Assembly (NCBI GenBank): GCA_963698075.1
Contig: OY969116.1
Coordinates: forward strand, 606,131-670,130
Reading direction: 5' to 3'
Source: an uncultured Candidatus Berkelbacteria bacterium
Lineage (GTDB): Bacteria > Patescibacteriota > UBA1384 > UBA12157 > JAENIV01
DNA length: 64,000 bases
In this document: positions 57,987 through 64,000 of the stretch, piece by piece
Layout: each line of letters begins with the position of its first letter
How positions within the stretch are numbered: the first letter of the stretch is position 1
Program-made: the position numbers and the translations under genes
Notes under the pieces: generated by a model
What the model saw: only the letters and a program-made list of their open reading frames with translations
Databases searched by the model: none
What the model was told of the DNA's origin: nothing

Positions 57987-58720
57987 CCTGTTTACCAATG
58001 GCTCTTCAGGTGATATATTTATGATGATAGATTATAAACAACACAGATTTAACTTTTACCACAAATAAAAAAGATCAATATGAGATTATTTAAGAAAAAA
58101 ATTACAGAGCAAAATGCCGTTGAGGAATTTATTCATTGGACAATGGAGGCAGTTTTGGATTGCTGGCCTGACGTCTATAAGGATTTTCGCAGTTTTACTA
58201 AAGACATTTGCAAAGAAGATATTGTTATAAAAGACGAGAAGATGGCTTCTCATAATTTTTATTTATCCATTATCGCCATAAATCTTATAGTGATTAAGAA
58301 TTTACACCATAAAGATCAAGGGGATAGATTAATAAGTTTGATCACAAAATCGGTTAGCCCTGAAAAAAATGAATATACCCTTAAACTGCTTGAGACTTAT
58401 CAAAATGATTGGAGTAAAGCTATTGATAAAAAAGAGATGCCCTTGCACTCTATTATAGTTCGCCTATTTAGAGAATGGCTGGATGATGAAAATTTTAATA
58501 AAATTTGCGTGGGGGAATTCGTTGATCCATTATTGATAACTGCGATGAATCAAAGGTTGATGCATTTTTATGGAGGATGGAAAAAAATAGTTGATAATTA
58601 TAAGTTAATCCCGAGTAATCATTAACTTTTAAAGAAAATAGTCCATCAAAAATAATCAATGTTCTCCTGTTTACCAATCGCTCTTCAGGTGATATATTTA
58701 TGATGATAAATTACGAACAC
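57987..58720 (+). repeat. Direct repeat of about 50 bp (57987-58040 and 58666-58720), promoter-like
   Basis: CCTGTTTACCAAT(g/c)GCTCTTCAGGTGATATATTTATGATGATA(g/a)ATTA. Confidence 0.85.
58080..58625 (+). CDS. Hypothetical protein
   Basis: 181-aa ORF between the direct repeats. Confidence 0.6.
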   Translation: MRLFKKKITEQNAVEEFIHWTMEAVLDCWPDVYKDFRSFTKDICKEDIVIKDEKMASHNFYLSIIAINLIVIKNLHHKDQGDRLISLITKSVSPEKNEYTLKLLETYQNDWSKAIDKKEMPLHSIIVRLFREWLDDENFNKICVGEFVDPLLITAMNQRLMHFYGGWKKIVDNYKLIPSNH

Positions 58721-58760
58721 CAAATTGATCAAATGGTCCATAAACTTTATGGCTTAACTC

Positions 58761-59675
58761 ATGAAGAAATCGAAACAATCGAACAAAAATCGCAGTAAAA
58801 AACATCACTATCTCCCTAAGTATTATTTAAAAGGATTTACAAATAGTAAAAACGGTTTTTTTGTTTATGACAAACAGGCGGACAAAATCTTTAGGACTAG
58901 CCCCGATACTACCTTCTTTGAAAATAATTTAAATACAATAACCTTGTCCGATGGCAATTCTAGTGATTCTTTAGAGAATCTTTACACTGGCATTGAAAAT
59001 AGTTCATGGGATTCATTTGATAGGATTAGAAATTCAGATAGTTTGACTGTCATTGACCTCTTAGACAAGATGAATCTTTACCTTTTTTTACTTGTTCTAC
59101 ATTGGAGATTACCGAGTAATTTCAAGTATGTAGAAAACTTATCGGGGAAGATGTTTACAAATGACAAAAACCTCAATTTTATGTCTTTAAAAAACAAAAA
59201 TGGGGTTGATGCTTCTAAGGAATTTACGGAAATGCTGAAGGATTCTTCTGCTTTCAAAAAATCTTCAAGGTTAATTGTTCCTTTTGCGCCATTTTATGAA
59301 AAGAACTGGAGCGACAGTTTATACGATTGGAGATTTTTATATACTGGTGACATAAAAAATTGGTATGTTGTAGGAGATAATCCTATTATTACTAAAGGAG
59401 ATAATGACCACGATCCAGTAGATTGTCTTAAGGAATTCATTTTTTCTGTTTCTGGAAAGATACTTTTAGTCAACACTAACAAACCCATAAATAAAGGGCT
59501 TCCTTCTGAATTCGTAATACAATATAACATCTCCATGGTTGAAAGAGCCCAAAGGTTTATAGCATGCCCTAATAAAGACTTTTTAGAAGCGTTGATAAAA
59601 CACTATAAGATATATGTTCAATTTGGGAAAACAGACACTATAATTATGGAAATGTTTAAAATGTTAGAAAAGTAG
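58761..59675 (+). CDS. DUF4238-like protein
   Basis: HHYLPKYYLKGF...; GDNPI. Confidence 0.7.
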   Translation: MKKSKQSNKNRSKKHHYLPKYYLKGFTNSKNGFFVYDKQADKIFRTSPDTTFFENNLNTITLSDGNSSDSLENLYTGIENSSWDSFDRIRNSDSLTVIDLLDKMNLYLFLLVLHWRLPSNFKYVENLSGKMFTNDKNLNFMSLKNKNGVDASKEFTEMLKDSSAFKKSSRLIVPFAPFYEKNWSDSLYDWRFLYTGDIKNWYVVGDNPIITKGDNDHDPVDCLKEFIFSVSGKILLVNTNKPINKGLPSEFVIQYNISMVERAQRFIACPNKDFLEALIKHYKIYVQFGKTDTIIMEMFKMLEK

Positions 59676-59814
59676 GGTATTCAGGCGGCGTTTCAGATCC
59701 ATTGGCACGCAATCTTGCGGCGGCTTGTCCGCAAATATGAAAAAATCGACCGGCCTGTCCATAAACTTTATGGTTACGCTAGAGGAAATAAAAGCTTGTG
59801 AAAAATTTTGTTAA

Positions 59815-62199
59815 ATGCAAAAAGTAAAAACAACAGATTTAGCTTTAGTATTCTTAAAGCGTTTTTCAAAGCTAATGATTTTATATTTCAATAAAATCGA
59901 AGTTAGGTGGATAATAAGTCTAAAGAAAGCCAACTTCTATATTAATCTTCGCTATTTTAGGTTTAAAAGTCTTACTTATTACTTTTCGAAACTTTTATTA
60001 ACAACGTTTTCTAACTACTTAGCAACTTTTATTTATTTTGTAATTTTAGGTTTTACTATATTTGCGTTGTCAAAAATACCTAACGTCGGCTTAGAGGGTA
60101 GTAATGCGGTCAGTTATTATACTGCAGCCGCAGCGATGTCTGGTGGTATTTTGGCTATTGTCTTTTCCCTAAGTATGCTCCTTATGGGTAATGCTGCCGA
60201 AAGGATTCCGGTTGGATTTTATCGGATTGCTGCAAAAGATTTTTTATGTGATTTTATTTTTTTCCTAATCAGTTTTTGCTCAATTGTGTTGTTCGGATTT
60301 GCCCTTTCCTTTGGAAAAATTCATTTAGGATTGTCCAGGGAATCATTTCTTGTTTCAATTTTTATCATCGGTTTAGTTTTTTATTTATGTTTTGCGCTTT
60401 ATGTTAGAGTTAGAGATCGCCTAAATCCCGAAAAGGTTTTGCAAATTGCCTCTAATCAAGCTTTGAAGTTTCTTTCGCAAATAAACAAAAGAGCTCATGA
60501 AATAGCAAAAATATTGGAGGAAATACCCGACTTAGATAAGGAAGTAAAAAAGGAAACTATTTTAGCTACTGCTTTTCAATATCTTCAGACGGATACGGAG
60601 TATCTTAATCAAAGGATCAATTTTTTATTTGATTATCACGACAAGTTGGTAGCAGAAAACGAAAGAGGTTCGGCTGCCAAAGTTTTAACAAATATAACCT
60701 TTATTTATATTCAGTACTTTCGAATGAGGCAAAACTCATCTTTGCTGCTTCCATCGGGAGGTTTATTTGTAAATATAAGCGATTCCCATTCTTTTATGGC
60801 TTCTGGTCTAGAAAGAGCAATGGCTATCGGAGAAACCTATCTGAGGAATAAAGATGACAGGGGCATAACCAATATTATTAATTTTTATGTTAACCTGTGT
60901 GTTGCTTCTTCTGGTATTAATTACAACACAGTCATTCCAGTAGAAAATCCCATTTTCGCTCAATGCCGGGGCTATTTAGATCAAGTAGTAAAAAGTATAC
61001 TAAAAGAAAAATCATTCGAAGGCTCTTTCCAAAGCGCATCTGCTTATGGAAAAATCGGTATTACGGCAATAGACAAAGGACTGATTTACGAGTATGAACC
61101 AGTTTTAAAAAAGTTAGAAGAAATTTGTGTTAGTGCCTTAGTTAATAGTGAGGATATAGTAGTTCAAACAGCGCTCAATTCTTATAATGATATTTTGACT
61201 AAAACGGTTTTAGCGAAACATAACCAAAACTTTAGAATTAAATCACTTTTTGAGCATTTAAAAAAGGTGATTCTCTTATCTTTCATAGCTGCTAAAGCCG
61301 GCTCCTTAGAAGATAATTATTTTACCCTCGAAACGTTATCATCGCCATTTAATACTACGGCAAATTTATGTACTAAATTGGTGGAAATAATTCAAGAATC
61401 GACTGACCCAAGAGATATTAGTAGCAAAAAAAGTTGTTTTTTTGAACTGGTAGAAACTCTATGGTGGAGTTTGAGGTTTCTATCAGAGAGGATGAAGAAC
61501 GCGGATCATTTATTAATCAATACTTTCGGTGACACAATCGCATCTATTGGTTACCTACTTCTTAAATTAACACAAAATGAAAAATGGGTCGACAAAAAAG
61601 ATGAACTTATTAAATGGGCAGGATTTTTAGTTTTTCAAACAACTTGGTTTGCCAGCGAAGCGGAAAAAATTGAAGCTAATTCGAATTTCGATTCTCTTGT
61701 TGAAGCTGGAGCAAAAATTGGCATAGAATCTTTGCAAGTGGGCGTAGATAAAACAGCTAAGGACTCAATTAAAGTAATCTCTGAGCTTGCAAACGAAATG
61801 CTCAAAAAACAAACTGGTAGTAATTTTGGTTTTACAGAACCCAGAATAATGGTAAGACTTTGCATCGTCGGATTGTTTGCTCTTAAGTTGGACGAGCAGG
61901 AGATAGTCAATGAAGCTGTTCGTCAAATAGGTACCTTTGAAACGGCTTATTATAAAAAATATTTTTCTAATTTACCAAAAGATGCACAATTAACCTCACC
62001 GACACCCGATCAATTACTTCAGGAAATGATAAGCTTAGCGCAAAAAAAATTTAGATATACTCCAGACCAGTTGTTGTCAGCTATCGGTGATACAGAAGAT
62101 AAAATCTTAGAGCTTGTAGATCAAAAAGATATCGAGAATTTTATTACTAAGGTGTGGGGTGTTAAAGAATTCGATTATTCTTATTCTGTTGGTATTTAG
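59815..62199 (+). CDS. Large membrane protein (N-terminal TMs plus helical domain)
   Basis: About four TM helices, then a long helical region; AT-rich. Confidence 0.65.
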   Translation: MQKVKTTDLALVFLKRFSKLMILYFNKIEVRWIISLKKANFYINLRYFRFKSLTYYFSKLLLTTFSNYLATFIYFVILGFTIFALSKIPNVGLEGSNAVSYYTAAAAMSGGILAIVFSLSMLLMGNAAERIPVGFYRIAAKDFLCDFIFFLISFCSIVLFGFALSFGKIHLGLSRESFLVSIFIIGLVFYLCFALYVRVRDRLNPEKVLQIASNQALKFLSQINKRAHEIAKILEEIPDLDKEVKKETILATAFQYLQTDTEYLNQRINFLFDYHDKLVAENERGSAAKVLTNITFIYIQYFRMRQNSSLLLPSGGLFVNISDSHSFMASGLERAMAIGETYLRNKDDRGITNIINFYVNLCVASSGINYNTVIPVENPIFAQCRGYLDQVVKSILKEKSFEGSFQSASAYGKIGITAIDKGLIYEYEPVLKKLEEICVSALVNSEDIVVQTALNSYNDILTKTVLAKHNQNFRIKSLFEHLKKVILLSFIAAKAGSLEDNYFTLETLSSPFNTTANLCTKLVEIIQESTDPRDISSKKSCFFELVETLWWSLRFLSERMKNADHLLINTFGDTIASIGYLLLKLTQNEKWVDKKDELIKWAGFLVFQTTWFASEAEKIEANSNFDSLVEAGAKIGIESLQVGVDKTAKDSIKVISELANEMLKKQTGSNFGFTEPRIMVRLCIVGLFALKLDEQEIVNEAVRQIGTFETAYYKKYFSNLPKDAQLTSPTPDQLLQEMISLAQKKFRYTPDQLLSAIGDTEDKILELVDQKDIENFITKVWGVKEFDYSYSVGI

Positions 62200-62266
62200 T
62201 TTTTCTAATCCAAACAAAAAGTCTTCGAAATCTTTTAGATAAAGCCAAAAGAGAGGGAACGATAAA

Positions 62267-62650
62267 ATGAAAGATAGAAAAATAATTCTTGAACTTACGC
62301 CCGAAGAAGTTAGACTATTAGCATACGGTGCTATGCCAAATGATTTGAAAGCAAGGTTAAGAGAAATTGCTCATCATATTGATGGGCAGATTAAAGTTGA
62401 AGAAGACTTAGAAAAGGTAGTGCCAAAATTACCAGATCCCAATAATTATATCGATATAGTCCGGAAAAAATATCCCAGGGCTTACCACAAATGGGCTAAG
62501 GAAGAGAGTATCAGATTAAAAATGCTTTTTTCTGAAGGTAGTTCAATTAAGGAAATATCAAGTTTACTGCAAAGGCAACCAGGAGGAGTTCGTTCAAAAT
62601 TAATAAAAATGGGATTATTGGAGGAAATTAAAAATGATTCAAACCGCTGA
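62267..62650 (+). CDS. Hypothetical protein with C-terminal HTH
   Basis: YPRAYHKW...L..LF.EG.SI.EIS..LQRQPGGVRSKL.KMGL. Confidence 0.65.
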   Translation: MKDRKIILELTPEEVRLLAYGAMPNDLKARLREIAHHIDGQIKVEEDLEKVVPKLPDPNNYIDIVRKKYPRAYHKWAKEESIRLKMLFSEGSSIKEISSLLQRQPGGVRSKLIKMGLLEEIKNDSNR

Positions 62651-62996
62651 AGAATTCATTCAATACAAGATAGAACAGTTTAAAAGAGGATTGCTGATAA
62701 AAGTCAAGGATATCAGTCGTAATGGTTTCCATTATTGGAAAAGAGAAGCTTGGACTTTTATGCCACAAAGCAATTATGATGGTAAAGTTTTTATTATTGA
62801 AAGGTTGGAGAGGGTTAAATCTGACATAGAATCTGCTAAAATCGGTGATATCGAATATAGAATCGGTTATTATATTGTTGGTAAAATAGGAAGAGCAAAT
62901 GGAAAATGGACTTGGGGACAATTTTGTCCATTAATACCACAGGAAGATTTTGCTAAATTATTTGATAAAGCGAAAAGAGAAGGAACTATAAAATAA
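62634..62996 (+). CDS. Hypothetical protein
   Basis: GGAGG RBS; YRIGYYIVG...W.WGQF.P. Confidence 0.65.
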   Translation: MIQTAEEFIQYKIEQFKRGLLIKVKDISRNGFHYWKREAWTFMPQSNYDGKVFIIERLERVKSDIESAKIGDIEYRIGYYIVGKIGRANGKWTWGQFCPLIPQEDFAKLFDKAKREGTIK

Positions 62997-63017
62997 AAGT
63001 TATCGAGGAACCAGTGA

Positions 63018-63428
63018 ATGAAAACCATTCGAATTTTAATTTTAGAAGATGATTTGAAAACTTTAGCTGTGATAATGGATGAGCTTTTTAGATTGGAAGA
63101 AAGCTTGATTGACAAGCAAATTGATTTTGCCGTAACTACCTTTTCTGAATATAACCAAGTCCAAGATTATCTCAATCAAATTCAAGAACCGAATTTTGAT
63201 ATTATTTTACTTGATCGTGATTGCAAACTCGGCGGGTCTTTTCACGTCATCAACATTAAAAAGTTTGGTGCTGATAAATTTATCGCTATCTCTACCCAGC
63301 CGGAATATAACGAAACAGCTATCAAAATGGGTGTTAAGAGAATTATTCGTAAGGACTATAAACGCTTAGAAGAATTTGCTGCCAATCTTTCTGAAGAAAT
63401 AAAAAGTATATTAGATGGAACCAACTAA
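63018..63428 (+). CDS. Stand-alone receiver-like domain protein
   Basis: ILILEDD...DIILLDRD...AIS. Confidence 0.65.
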   Translation: MKTIRILILEDDLKTLAVIMDELFRLEESLIDKQIDFAVTTFSEYNQVQDYLNQIQEPNFDIILLDRDCKLGGSFHVINIKKFGADKFIAISTQPEYNETAIKMGVKRIIRKDYKRLEEFAANLSEEIKSILDGTN

Positions 63429-64000
63429 ATATCTCAGAGACAAATCATATTACGAAGAACTCTATGATCACGGCACGGTTTTTCAGTGTCGACGGACCGA
63501 AGAAGTATTTCGAAGAATTAGGGATGATAAGCTAAAAGAAAATCCTAAATTTTTTGATGATCCGGAAGCAGCAAAAGCTTATTTGATGATGAAGCATATG
63601 GCCTTCTATTTCCAGACTGGCGAAAGATATTGTGGCAAAGAAGAAGTAGTCCAAAAATGGATGGATAAAGATCGAAAGAAAGACCTGTTTTTGCAGACCG
63701 AGCCTCCGTTAGTTTTTTGTTCGAAATGTAACGACCAAATGAAATTGATTATCAAAGATTTAAAGACGAATTTGGATGATACTGAATTCCGGGTTTTATT
63801 TCTTTTTAGATGCGAAAAATGCAAGGAAAAACGCGGCATTTATGATAATGGTGAAGAATATGTCTTTGAAAGTGATTTCTGCCCTAAGTGTAGAACAAAA
63901 TGGGACTCTTCAAGTAAAAAAGAAAAAGATAAGATTACAACCAAACATCATTGTAAAAACTGTGGTCACAAAGAGGTCGAAGTTTTTGATTTAACTAAGC
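63415..64000 (+). CDS. Multi Zn-ribbon protein (runs off the window; not in the ORF track)
   Basis: MEPTKYLRDKSYYEELYD... open to the end, with CSKC, CEKC, CPKC, CKNC. Confidence 0.7.
   Translation, partial: MEPTKYLRDKSYYEELYDHGTVFQCRRTEEVFRRIRDDKLKENPKFFDDPEAAKAYLMMKHMAFYFQTGERYCGKEEVVQKWMDKDRKKDLFLQTEPPLVFCSKCNDQMKLIIKDLKTNLDDTEFRVLFLFRCEKCKEKRGIYDNGEEYVFESDFCPKCRTKWDSSSKKEKDKITTKHHCKNCGHKEVEVFDLTK

Larger units (their letters stand above)
43150..64000. mobile_element. Integrated element downstream of tRNA-Ser (extends beyond the window; boundaries approximate)
   Basis: Large serine recombinase, terminase-like and methyltransferase genes, DGR, lower GC, no housekeeping genes; att sites not identified. 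Confidence 0.7.

Noticed and set aside
1-64000. UGA recoding (genetic code 25)
   Set aside because: valS, rnpA and yidC end at TGA at expected positions, and conserved genes have no internal TGA
1-64000. CRISPR array or cas genes
   Set aside because: No regularly spaced direct repeats; the only three-copy long repeat is TR/VR1/VR2
43030-64000. Direct repeat of the tRNA-Ser 3' end (attR)
   Set aside because: Not found by eye within the window; the element probably extends further or uses another site

Overview
Chromosomal window around oriC of what is most likely a Patescibacteria (CPR) bacterium. This is inferred from the DUF5663, PrgI/VirB4/VirB6-like and multiple TrmB genes and from CPR-style palindromic repeats; the standard genetic code is used. 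Bases 1-43048 form an AT-rich backbone (valS, metK, a T4SS-like cluster, dciA-recF-dnaN-oriC-dnaA, rpmH-rnpA-yidD-yidC-jag, tRNA-Ser). The backbone is interrupted by GC-richer islets, each with its own near-consensus sigma70 promoter, strong RBS and hairpin terminator. Four islets sit back-to-back with a TrmB-family regulator, and two others carry a divergent DnaK and an RNase J-like gene. From 43.2 kb to the window end lies an integrated element (large serine recombinase, amidase, split terminase-like gene, two DNA methyltransferases, variable cargo). It carries a complete diversity-generating retroelement (DGR): RT, an avd gene in inverted orientation, one template repeat (TR) and two variable repeats (VRs) that differ from the TR only at adenines. 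One target is a MoxR AAA+ ATPase next to a VWA/HExxH partner, and its VR carries a +1 insertion at a TR AA site. Other notable signals are a structured, pseudoknot-like RNA next to the recombinase and repeated remnants of a type IIG restriction-modification C-terminal tail between cargo genes. All calls come from reading motifs by eye; no database search was run.
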